A stretch of DNA of 64,000 nt from an uncultured Bacteroidales bacterium. Its GTDB lineage: Bacteria; Bacteroidota; Bacteroidia; Bacteroidales; VadinHA17. This document shows positions 56,759 to 64,000 of this stretch, one piece after another; the stretch's first letter is position 1; every line of letters begins with the position of its first letter. A program made the position numbers and the translations under genes. The stretch spans positions 1,761,748 to 1,825,747 of the forward strand of contig CAVSZC010000005.1 in assembly GCA_963732365.1 (NCBI GenBank). The letters are read 5' to 3'. The notes below the pieces were generated by a model. The model did not search any database. It was not told the DNA's origin and was given only the letters and a program-made list of their open reading frames with translations.

Positions 56759-57133
56759 ATGGAGGGGAAGAAGATAAAACCAACAAGGATGACGCCTGAG
56801 GTGTACCTTGGTGCTGAGGGAATTATCAGATTCCGGGGCCGGTCAATTTCCGAGGATTCCAAAGGTTTTTTTGATGAGGTGAACATCTGGATAGACAAAT
56901 ATCTCGAATCGCCGGCCGAAACTACCACAGTTGAATTCAGTCTTGAGTATTTTAACTCAGCTTCGGCGAAGCAGATAGTTTTGATTTTGCGGAAGCTATT
57001 AGTGCTGACACAAAAGCATAAGAGACTTACTGTGAACTGGTTCTACGAAGAGGGGGATGAAGACATCCTTGAAAAAGGGGAGTATTATTCCACAGTTCTG
57101 GAGCAAAGATTCAATTTCATAAAGATCACCTGA
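56759..57133 (+). CDS. DUF1987 (SiaC-like) domain protein
   Basis: TPEVYLGAEGIIRFRGRSISEDSKGFFDEVNIWIDKYLESPAETTTVEFSLEYFNSASAKQIVLILRKL matches the DUF1987 pattern. Confidence 0.75.
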   Translation: MEGKKIKPTRMTPEVYLGAEGIIRFRGRSISEDSKGFFDEVNIWIDKYLESPAETTTVEFSLEYFNSASAKQIVLILRKLLVLTQKHKRLTVNWFYEEGDEDILEKGEYYSTVLEQRFNFIKIT

Positions 57134-57155
57134 TCTCACATTACTTCAGGCTTCT

Positions 57156-57638
57156 TTATATCGAATAAAAGGCCTCTTTACCGGGATAATAATAACGGCG
57201 GCGGGCAATCTCCTCGGGATAGATAAAGTATTCAATATCTGCCTCTGCACACTGTTTACCTTCCCCGTCAAAGAGCCTGCAGAGAAATCTTGCGCTCTTC
57301 TCTTCCTTCGCGGTCATAATTGCCTCAATACGTATCTTTCCTTTGCTGATGTATACCGGCTTCAGGTACCTTACTGTCATCGAGGATGTCACTCCTGACG
57401 TGCCTGCCTTTATGTACACAGCCCAGGCACCGGTTTCATCCATGAGTGTTGCTGCAATACCTCCGTGAAGCACGTTGCCATAACCCTGGAAATGTATTTG
57501 TGGCTCCCATTCCGCATAAAGACCTTGCTCATCTTCCTCGAAGGTAAGCTTCAAGCCGAAAGGGTTTCCTTCGGAACAGCCGAAACAACCGTTCTGTTTA
57601 TGATCGAAAGGGTTTCTTATTTTAACTCTCTGAGACAT
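57156..57638 (-). CDS. PaaI-family hotdog-fold thioesterase
   Basis: FGCSEGNPFGLKL...GYGNVLHGGIAATLMDETGAWAV supports the call. I trimmed the start to MSQRVKI. Confidence 0.7.
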   Translation of the reverse strand: MSQRVKIRNPFDHKQNGCFGCSEGNPFGLKLTFEEDEQGLYAEWEPQIHFQGYGNVLHGGIAATLMDETGAWAVYIKAGTSGVTSSMTVRYLKPVYISKGKIRIEAIMTAKEEKSARFLCRLFDGEGKQCAEADIEYFIYPEEIARRRYYYPGKEAFYSI

Positions 57639-58200
57639 TTTTCTTACTGTTTTTCTTTGCCTTCTCCTGTGCAATCCAGGCGCTCAGGTAAATAATTGAA
57701 ATTGAAAGATAGATAATCCCTATCGTAATTGAAACCAGGGCAAGAGTGACGGAAGGCTCATCCTGCTCTGATGTAGCATGTCTGAGCCTGTAGGAATATC
57801 CGAAAACGGTCATCATGATTACGGCGACTGCAAGACCAAGACCCAGGAATACTGTGGTACCGTCTATGACTGAGGTGCTTTTATATAACGGGCTCTTCCT
57901 GAATGCAGCATAAGTTGTCCTGGCATAGTGTTCGGCTCTCTTTCTCGCTTCAGCCTGCCTGTAGGCGACCCATGCCTGGTAGTTCCTCATGACCTCTTCC
58001 TCTGTAATATTACGTCCGTACGGATGAGAGGTGAGATACTCATATGCTTCCGTGACCCTGATAAACATCTCCTGTGCATCCTCAGACCGGTTACGGTCAG
58101 GATGATACTCCAGCGCCTTTCGCCTGTAGGCTTTCCTGATCTCATCCTCAGAGGCTCCCTGCCTGATGCCAAGCAACCTGTAATATTCCCACAGATTCAT
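57622..58200 (-). CDS. J-domain (DnaJ-like) membrane protein
   Basis: The J domain is YYRLLGIRQGASEDEIRKAYRRKALEYHPDRN. Two C-terminal TM helices follow. I trimmed the start to MNLWEYY. Confidence 0.75.
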   Translation of the reverse strand: MNLWEYYRLLGIRQGASEDEIRKAYRRKALEYHPDRNRSEDAQEMFIRVTEAYEYLTSHPYGRNITEEEVMRNYQAWVAYRQAEARKRAEHYARTTYAAFRKSPLYKSTSVIDGTTVFLGLGLAVAVIMMTVFGYSYRLRHATSEQDEPSVTLALVSITIGIIYLSISIIYLSAWIAQEKAKKNSKKNVSES

Positions 58201-58293
58201 ACGCAGATATTGAATTGATAAATAAGGCTTTTTTATCCAAAGTCTCAGTCTCATCCTTATCGGATAAGATCAGAAATCCGGAGCTCAGTCTGG

Positions 58294-59568
58294 TCAGTGC
58301 CTCAAATCCTTTACAGCCTCCGGCTCATGTTTGTGCCTGAAAAGGATGGCGAACAGAATCGCCACAACAATTGCGTATGCGGCAAAGGATATCCAGATTC
58401 CCGGCCAGTCCTTGATGAGAGTTGCCGGATCTTCAAACCAGTTTTTTATAGCCTGCCCGGCAATTATATTTCCAAGTACGGCGCCTATCCCGTTGGTCAT
58501 CAGCATAAAAACGCCCTGTGCCGAGGCAGTGATCTTTGAGTTGGTGTTTTGTTCCACAAACAAGGCTCCCGAGATATTGAAGAAATCAAATGCCATTCCG
58601 TAAACAATGCATGACGTGATAATCAGGATAAAGCCTGTGACAGTATTGTCGGCCACGCCGAAAAGACCGAAACGGAGCACCCATGCTATCATGCTGAAGA
58701 GCATCACTTTTTTAATGCCGAAATACCTCAGGAAAAAAGGAATTGAAAGGATAAACAGGGTTTCGGAGATCTGTGATATTGAGAGTATTATAGTGGAAAA
58801 GTTATTAATGAGCCCCCCCTTAGGGAAGACGTTGGGATCCTGAAGAAAACTGTCGCCGTAGGCATTGGTAAGCTGTAGGGCTCCGCCCAGCAGCATGCTG
58901 AAAATAAAAAACAACACCATTTTCTTTTGACGAAACAGAACAAAGGCTTCCAGCCCCAGGTTCTGAACCCAGGTCTTCTTCATGGTTTCATCAGTTTCTA
59001 TTCTTTTCACAACCGGCAGCATGAAGAATGAATAGAGTGCGAGGCAGAATGCGGAAACGGCTGATATGATGAAAGAGACCTTGATGCTGTATCCCAGACC
59101 CCATGGTTTGGTGAAGAAGTTTGTCACCCACATCGCCATAATAAAACCTACTGTACCCCAAACCCTTATGGGAGGGAAGTACTTTGTGGGATCTTTGCCT
59201 TCGCTTTTAAGCAGTCTGAATCCGACAGAGTTATTAAGACCGATTGTCGGCATATAAAAGCACATTGCGAGGAGCAGAATCCAGAAGAATGGTATTGGTG
59301 CCTCGATCAGAGGCAGAAAGCACATTGTTACCCCGAACATCAGGTGTAGTATCCCGTAGACATAATTTGCCTTCCATTTGTCGGCAAGAATCCCGAACAG
59401 TGTGGGCATGATCAGAGATGCGAAGCCCATTGTTGAGAAGACCAAGCCAAACTCAGCTCCGTTCCACTGTTTCTCTACGAACCCGTAATGACCCAGTGTC
59501 ATCATCCATGCCCCCCACATAAAGAACTGGAGGAAGTTCATTATGATAAGTCTGTTCTTAAGCCCCAT
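58294..59568 (-). CDS. NupG/XapB-type nucleoside:H+ symporter (MFS)
   Basis: MGLKNRLIIMNFLQFFMWGAWMMTLG is a typical N-terminus and the protein is a 12-TM type. I trimmed the start so it does not overlap upp. Its position directly after upp fits pyrimidine salvage. Confidence 0.75.
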   Translation of the reverse strand: MGLKNRLIIMNFLQFFMWGAWMMTLGHYGFVEKQWNGAEFGLVFSTMGFASLIMPTLFGILADKWKANYVYGILHLMFGVTMCFLPLIEAPIPFFWILLLAMCFYMPTIGLNNSVGFRLLKSEGKDPTKYFPPIRVWGTVGFIMAMWVTNFFTKPWGLGYSIKVSFIISAVSAFCLALYSFFMLPVVKRIETDETMKKTWVQNLGLEAFVLFRQKKMVLFFIFSMLLGGALQLTNAYGDSFLQDPNVFPKGGLINNFSTIILSISQISETLFILSIPFFLRYFGIKKVMLFSMIAWVLRFGLFGVADNTVTGFILIITSCIVYGMAFDFFNISGALFVEQNTNSKITASAQGVFMLMTNGIGAVLGNIIAGQAIKNWFEDPATLIKDWPGIWISFAAYAIVVAILFAILFRHKHEPEAVKDLRH

Positions 59569-59593
59569 ATTGCTCTCTTTAATTGTGTAAGCT

Positions 59594-60214
59594 TTATTTG
59601 GTTCCAAAAAGTCTGTCTCCGGCATCGCCAAGACCGGGGACAATATATCCTTTTTCGTTCAGATGGCTGTCAAGGGCTGCGAGATATATGTCAACATCGG
59701 GGTGATCATTCTCCACGCGTGACACCCCCTCGGGTGCACCCACGATGCAGACAAGCCTTATTGTTGAAGCTCCTCTGTTTTTCACGGCAGTTATTGCAGC
59801 ACTGGCACTGCCTCCTGTTGCAAGCATAGGATCAAGTATCATTACAATTGCTTCGGAGAGTTCAGCCGGAAATTTTGCATAGTATTCCATTGGCTCCAGG
59901 GTCTCATGGTCACGGTACAGGCCTATATGGCCAACCTTTGCCGTGGTAATGAGGTTTGTTATTCCTTCAACCATACCGAGCCCTGCCCTCAGTACCGGAA
60001 CGAGAACGATCTCCCTTGCAAGTTCTGATGAACTGCATGAGGAGAGAGGGGTATCAATGATAACATCCCTCATGGGAAGATCCCTGGATATCTCGTAAGC
60101 CATCAGCCCGGCAATCTCATTGACATGCTGCCTGAAATCCTTGGTGCCGGTCTCCTTCCTCCTGATCTGTGAAAGCTTGTGGTTGATCAGGGGGTGATTG
60201 ATAAGTTTAAGCAT
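59594..60214 (-). CDS. upp: Uracil phosphoribosyltransferase
   Basis: [33 protein letters not shown] and [17 protein letters not shown] identify Upp. Confidence 0.95.
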   Translation of the reverse strand: MLKLINHPLINHKLSQIRRKETGTKDFRQHVNEIAGLMAYEISRDLPMRDVIIDTPLSSCSSSELAREIVLVPVLRAGLGMVEGITNLITTAKVGHIGLYRDHETLEPMEYYAKFPAELSEAIVMILDPMLATGGSASAAITAVKNRGASTIRLVCIVGAPEGVSRVENDHPDVDIYLAALDSHLNEKGYIVPGLGDAGDRLFGTK

Positions 60215-60347
60215 CAGGCAGATCGGATTTATTGTCCTCAGGCATCATGGTAAGATATGCTTCCTCCACGGAAACCAAAAATGCAGACGCCATATTACTT
60301 TTCATCACAATAAAAATTAATTGCCGATAAAGATAACAGAGTTCCGG

Positions 60348-60384
60348 AAAAAGAAAAAAGGATTTGAAGGAATGAGATACCTTC
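60348..60384 (-). terminator. Possible terminator after the DUF3078 gene
   Basis: The minus strand reads GAAGG-tatctcatt-CCTTC and then, after 5 nt, CTTTTTTCTTTTT. The stem is short and the T-run is not adjacent, so this is weak. Confidence 0.3.
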
Positions 60385-61296
60385 TTATTTCGGGATCTTA
60401 AAGGTCAGGCCTACTCCGATAACTTCCTTGAACTGAGCTCGTTTACCCCAGAGAGGTGCGCCTTCGCCATCTTCCCCGACCTTGATCAGTATATCGTCAT
60501 CATAGAGGAGGTGGGTGGTAACCGTGGCAGCGAGCCAGTTGTTAACCTTCAATATGGCAAGTATTTCCCAGCTGACATCTATATTCTGCGGGTTGTTGAG
60601 ATAATTGGAAAAGAGGTCAAGTTTCGATACCAGGTTGACATTTTTCACAATGTTCTCTTTCTTAAAGACAATATTGGCATATGCACCAAATTCTGCCCTG
60701 AAACTCTTCCCTGGCTCAACCCCGAATGCTCCTGCCGAAGAGAGATCGTCATCCATGACTATTGTTGTCTTTGCAGTCAGCGGTGAGATAAAAGCTGTAA
60801 AGACCGGATTTGGTTTGTAGTCCATACCAAGGGAGAACACAAGATAACCCGGAGCAAGAAAGTCAGAGATCTTGTTTGTGACATCAGGGTAGTTGTATCC
60901 TGCAGCGAACTGTGATTTGAAGCCCAGAAGGGCTGAATAGTACCATGCTTTCCCTGCCTCAAGGCCATACTTGGAGAGAAAATCGATCTTGTCATCGGTT
61001 TTGACCCATTCAACCTCATTGCCTTTCTGCTTCATCATACCGTAACCAACAGTAAGGTTATTATCCCAGGCAGACCTTCCCTTCTTGTAATTGGCACTGA
61101 ATGATGCAAGACCGCTGAGAGCAACCGAATTCTGACCGCCTGCAGCCCAGTTGGTGAATGTGCTCTGTGCCACGTTAATTGAGAAAGCTCCGGTTTTGGT
61201 CCAGTATTTTACAGTATCTGTATCCTGGCTGAATCCGGTCGTTCCGATTGATCCGATCAGGAAAACAATCAGAATAATGGTGTTTTTTCTGTTCAT
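60385..61296 (-). CDS. DUF3078 outer-membrane beta-barrel protein
   Basis: There is a signal peptide. WTKTGAFSINVAQSTFTNWAAGGQNSVALSGLASFSANYKKGRSAWDNNL matches the DUF3078 pattern. Confidence 0.75.
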   Translation of the reverse strand: MNRKNTIILIVFLIGSIGTTGFSQDTDTVKYWTKTGAFSINVAQSTFTNWAAGGQNSVALSGLASFSANYKKGRSAWDNNLTVGYGMMKQKGNEVEWVKTDDKIDFLSKYGLEAGKAWYYSALLGFKSQFAAGYNYPDVTNKISDFLAPGYLVFSLGMDYKPNPVFTAFISPLTAKTTIVMDDDLSSAGAFGVEPGKSFRAEFGAYANIVFKKENIVKNVNLVSKLDLFSNYLNNPQNIDVSWEILAILKVNNWLAATVTTHLLYDDDILIKVGEDGEGAPLWGKRAQFKEVIGVGLTFKIPK

Positions 61297-61346
61297 CTCA
61301 GTAGGTTTTAATAATATTTCATGTTTTGTGTTCGCACCTGCAGTCC

Positions 61347-62099
61347 CTATTGATCGAGTGATCCGAATACTCTCTGGAGTAATGGTGTAACCCTGGCAGA
61401 CACATCTTTTCTTATTTTCAGTTCTTCTCCTTCCATCTTGAGGAAGAGACCGTCAAGAGCCTTCCTTGTGAGAAAATCGTCCAGATCGGTCTTTACCGGT
61501 TTGAATCCGGCTAATTTCCCGGCGACGGAGTTGGCTAACAGGTTCCACTTGTCAGTCAGGGCGGTCCAGGACTCCCGGGCAGAGATGCCGGCAACCAGAT
61601 CTTTTCCCGTTGAGAGACTGATCTTTGGTTTGTAGAGATTATACAGGTCATTGTATGTTGTGGTTCTGAGATACTGGGTTGCTGCATTATCAGATCCCTT
61701 CAGGATGCCGAAAGCATCAGAAACGGTCATTTGCGTTACCGAGTTTATAAAGATAGGAGCCGCCTCCCTGGCAGCGTCTTCAGCTGACCTGTTAATGCTC
61801 AGGACTACATCCTCGATCAGTTTGTCTCCCCCGGGGATTTTGCTGATATTATCCACTATCACCTTTGCTTCATCCGGAAGAAGGATCTTTACTGTCATAT
61901 CGCCGTAATAACCGTTTGTAGCAGACAAGCGACCGGCAGCATTTGTGGCGCCAACTTTCAGTGCCTCCTTCAATCCGTTTATCACATCAGCCTCCGTCAG
62001 CGCTTCAGTTGGCTGGACAGTGCTCAGCACCTGCGTAAGCTGTGAGCATCCTGTGGCAATTACTGAGACTGCCATCAGCAACAGTATTCTGTATTTCAT
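61347..62099 (-). CDS. DUF4197 lipoprotein
   Basis: The lipobox is VIATGCS. LTEADVINGLKEALKVGATNAAGRLSATNGYYGDMTVKILLP matches the DUF4197 pattern. Confidence 0.75.
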   Translation of the reverse strand: MKYRILLLMAVSVIATGCSQLTQVLSTVQPTEALTEADVINGLKEALKVGATNAAGRLSATNGYYGDMTVKILLPDEAKVIVDNISKIPGGDKLIEDVVLSINRSAEDAAREAAPIFINSVTQMTVSDAFGILKGSDNAATQYLRTTTYNDLYNLYKPKISLSTGKDLVAGISARESWTALTDKWNLLANSVAGKLAGFKPVKTDLDDFLTRKALDGLFLKMEGEELKIRKDVSARVTPLLQRVFGSLDQ

Positions 62100-62156
62100 A
62101 ATTATATTGGTTAATTCCTCAGATCCCGGCTATGATCACAATCTTCATTACGGGGT

Positions 62157-62555
62157 TTAGTAATAGGGCAAACCGGTTGCAGGATCAAGTTCCTTGACCT
62201 CAAGGATTTCATTAACAACAAATTTGCTCATTCCTCTCCATGGCAGAGGACGTATATATTCTTTGTAACGCAGTTCAACAAACTTGCCGCTGGCTCTCTC
62301 TAGAAGATTGGCGAGTGAATCATTGGTTAAACTGAACTCAAACTCATTGCTCTGCATTGCCCCGGGAGTAGTGGTCTTAAATCCTGTCTGGATGAGCTTG
62401 CCCTCCCAGGTTTTGAAGATGTAACCCTTCCTTACAAGGTAGTTCAGATCTCCGGCTTTGACACCTTCGCCAAATACAAAATAATGTCTCCACCAGAAGA
62501 GCCCGGCAGCTACTATCAGTAAGACAAGGATAGCAACCCTGAAGTATTTTTTCAT
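62157..62555 (-). CDS. Hypothetical membrane-anchored protein
   Basis: I trimmed the start to MKKYFRVAILVLLIVAAGLFWW, a single TM anchor. I recognised no domain. Confidence 0.55.
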   Translation of the reverse strand: MKKYFRVAILVLLIVAAGLFWWRHYFVFGEGVKAGDLNYLVRKGYIFKTWEGKLIQTGFKTTTPGAMQSNEFEFSLTNDSLANLLERASGKFVELRYKEYIRPLPWRGMSKFVVNEILEVKELDPATGLPYY

Positions 62556-62569
62556 AAGTCCGCGCTTAT

Positions 62570-62875
62570 CTATTTGTCGTCTTTGTCCCTGAACTTCTCC
62601 CTGACATCTGCGAAAGTGGACTTCATCGTATCCCATATTGAGTCAGCACCGACCTTAACCGCATCCCATGCATCTTCACTTGACTCCATCAGGTCTTTTA
62701 GTTTCGACTTGCCTTCGGTCATCTTACCCTCGAGCTTATCGATGCTTTCTTCATATTTCAGTTTTGCCTCTGCACTGGCAATTTTTGCTTTTTCTTTAAG
62801 CTTGTCAATGTCAGCTCTCCATTCATCAAGCTGGGCTTCAAGTTTTTTCTGGTATTCTTCTCTCTGGGTTTTCAT
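62570..62875 (-). CDS. Hypothetical small coiled-coil protein
   Basis: This 101-aa protein is K/E/D-rich with heptad-like character (KKLEAQLDEWRADIDKLKEKAKIASAEAKLKYEESIDKLEGKM). Confidence 0.55.
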   Translation of the reverse strand: MKTQREEYQKKLEAQLDEWRADIDKLKEKAKIASAEAKLKYEESIDKLEGKMTEGKSKLKDLMESSEDAWDAVKVGADSIWDTMKSTFADVREKFRDKDDK

Positions 62876-62932
62876 GTTATTAGTGTTTTTGACAGCAGTT
62901 ATTTTAACCGGAAATTTAGTGTTTTTTATTAT

Positions 62933-63832
62933 TTAATAAGATTTTACAGTATTGAGTTTATCGACATATTTCTGCACCACATCTTTCTGTTCTTCTATTT
63001 TCTCTTTCATCTTGTTTTGTTCCTCCTCATTCTTAGGGATCATTTTCTCAGCGTCATTGACTGTGGACTTTGCCTTTCTGATATTTTTTTCCGACTTACC
63101 GATCTCTTTCTGAAGCTTCTTCCTGTCCTTTTCCAATGCCTTTACCTGTGCAGACCTTGCCTCTTTTGCAGGGCCGGCCTGCAGCGACATCATTTCCCTG
63201 TTCTGTTCAACAATCCGGTTTGAAAGAAGGTTCAATTCATTATTCTGCAGAAGGAGCTTTTCTTCCTCGTTCTGAATGTCAAACATACTGTTCTGCGCGT
63301 TTTTCTCCGCCCTGGCTTTGTTGCTCTCAAGGCCTTTAAGCTCTTTCTCAAGTTCCTGCAGCACCTTTTCCTCTCGCTCTATCTCTTCCTTGATAAATGA
63401 GGTGTACTGTGTCTTGGCAAATTCTTTCAGGAAATTCCTTGCGGTTGTAAGTTGACTGTCACCTCCTGACTGATCGAGATAAACATCCTTTTTCAGTTCA
63501 ATGCACACCATCAGTTTGCTGAGGGTATCCTCATTTTCCAGGCTGCTGTAGATGTTTACCGGAGTCGGGGAGATGTTCTTCAGGTTGGCCCCGAATATTG
63601 ACATAATACCATTTTCGGTAACCACTTTTGATTTGGTGCCACCCTCAAGTTCCTTTACCCAGTTTTTCAGGGTTTGATCATAGTCTGCCTCGGGAATTGT
63701 GACAGCAAAGCCGGGGTGGCGTCCGGCACCAACCTTAACACTGTCCTCCGAAACCACAATAGGTTTCTGGCCGTTCATTGCTAAAAAGGGGACTAAAACA
63801 AGCAGGCACAGAATACTGGCATGTTTTTTCAT
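62933..63832 (-). CDS. Hypothetical secreted protein with a long C-terminal coiled coil
   Basis: The signal peptide is MKKHASILCLLVLVPFLAMNGQ. An N-terminal globular part is followed by about 150 aa of E/K/Q/N-rich coiled coil. Confidence 0.55.
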   Translation of the reverse strand: MKKHASILCLLVLVPFLAMNGQKPIVVSEDSVKVGAGRHPGFAVTIPEADYDQTLKNWVKELEGGTKSKVVTENGIMSIFGANLKNISPTPVNIYSSLENEDTLSKLMVCIELKKDVYLDQSGGDSQLTTARNFLKEFAKTQYTSFIKEEIEREEKVLQELEKELKGLESNKARAEKNAQNSMFDIQNEEEKLLLQNNELNLLSNRIVEQNREMMSLQAGPAKEARSAQVKALEKDRKKLQKEIGKSEKNIRKAKSTVNDAEKMIPKNEEEQNKMKEKIEEQKDVVQKYVDKLNTVKSY

Positions 63833-64000
63833 GACTTCGAATTATTTGTTTAACCTCTAAAGATAACACTAAAAATGGTAAACTACAAATCTGATATTGT
63901 GATAGTTCACCCTCCGAATCCCGTGCCGGGCATGTTTCACCGCTATCGGGCTCTGAGTGCCTTCAGTGCAGCAATCTCTCCCTCTCTGATTATCTCTCCG

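Noticed and set aside
63833-64000. Partial ORF at the right window edge. One option is a minus-strand frame ending ...GEIIREGEIAALKALRAR with its stop at 63943-63945. The other is a plus-strand ATG at 63932 (MFHRYRALSAFSAAISPSL...).
   Set aside because: Fewer than 25 codons are visible in either reading and there is no diagnostic motif, so strand and identity cannot be decided.
1-64000. Looked for tRNA or rRNA genes, CRISPR arrays, transposases, integrases, phage genes and long terminal inverted repeats
   Set aside because: None found. All intergenic gaps are under 190 bp and contain no cloverleaf-like or rRNA-like sequence. No ORF shows DDE, tyrosine recombinase or serine recombinase motifs. 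This was by-eye inspection only, so tRNAscan-SE or Infernal should confirm it.

Overview
The window is a densely coding chromosomal segment with about 60 genes and short intergenic gaps. I saw no rRNA, tRNA, CRISPR array, transposase or integrase. The gene content points to Bacteroidota: a T9SS type-B (CHU_C) sorting domain, DUF3078, DUF4197 and WbqC family proteins, a SPOR lipoprotein, archaeal-type ProRS, an ExbB-ExbD-TonB set, TamB next to tsaD, and a Na+-pumping methylmalonyl-CoA decarboxylase operon. Most genes are housekeeping (nth, aroB, aroC, tilS, proS, purA, fur, relA/spoT, glyA, upp, tsaD, pepD). Three regions deserve a second look. (1) 13.3-19.5 kb carries a tightly coupled larC-larE-larB operon for nickel-pincer nucleotide cofactor maturation, with a WbqC-family gene as its fourth cistron and no larA anywhere in the window. 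It is divergently joined to a Tat-signal DUF362 protein and a five-TM polyferredoxin that reads as a NapH-NapG fusion with an internal twin-arginine motif. I propose this as a candidate undescribed periplasmic, quinol-linked redox module that may be the client of the orphan Ni-pincer machinery. (2) 9.1-13.3 kb encodes two secreted Tyr/Gly/Pro/Trp-rich and Ser/Gln/Asn-rich low-complexity proteins with in-frame DNA tandem repeats and unusually strong SD-like sites. A FadL-like outer-membrane barrel gene follows, so this could be a surface fibre or matrix system. (3) 19.6-26.8 kb is a same-strand run mce-mmdA-mmdD-mmdC-mmdB-citDE(fused)-citF-rubredoxin. It lacks citC/citX/citG, the rubredoxin is missing from the ORF track, and a perfect 17-bp palindrome sits in the promoter region. 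All functional calls come from motif recognition by eye. No database search was run.
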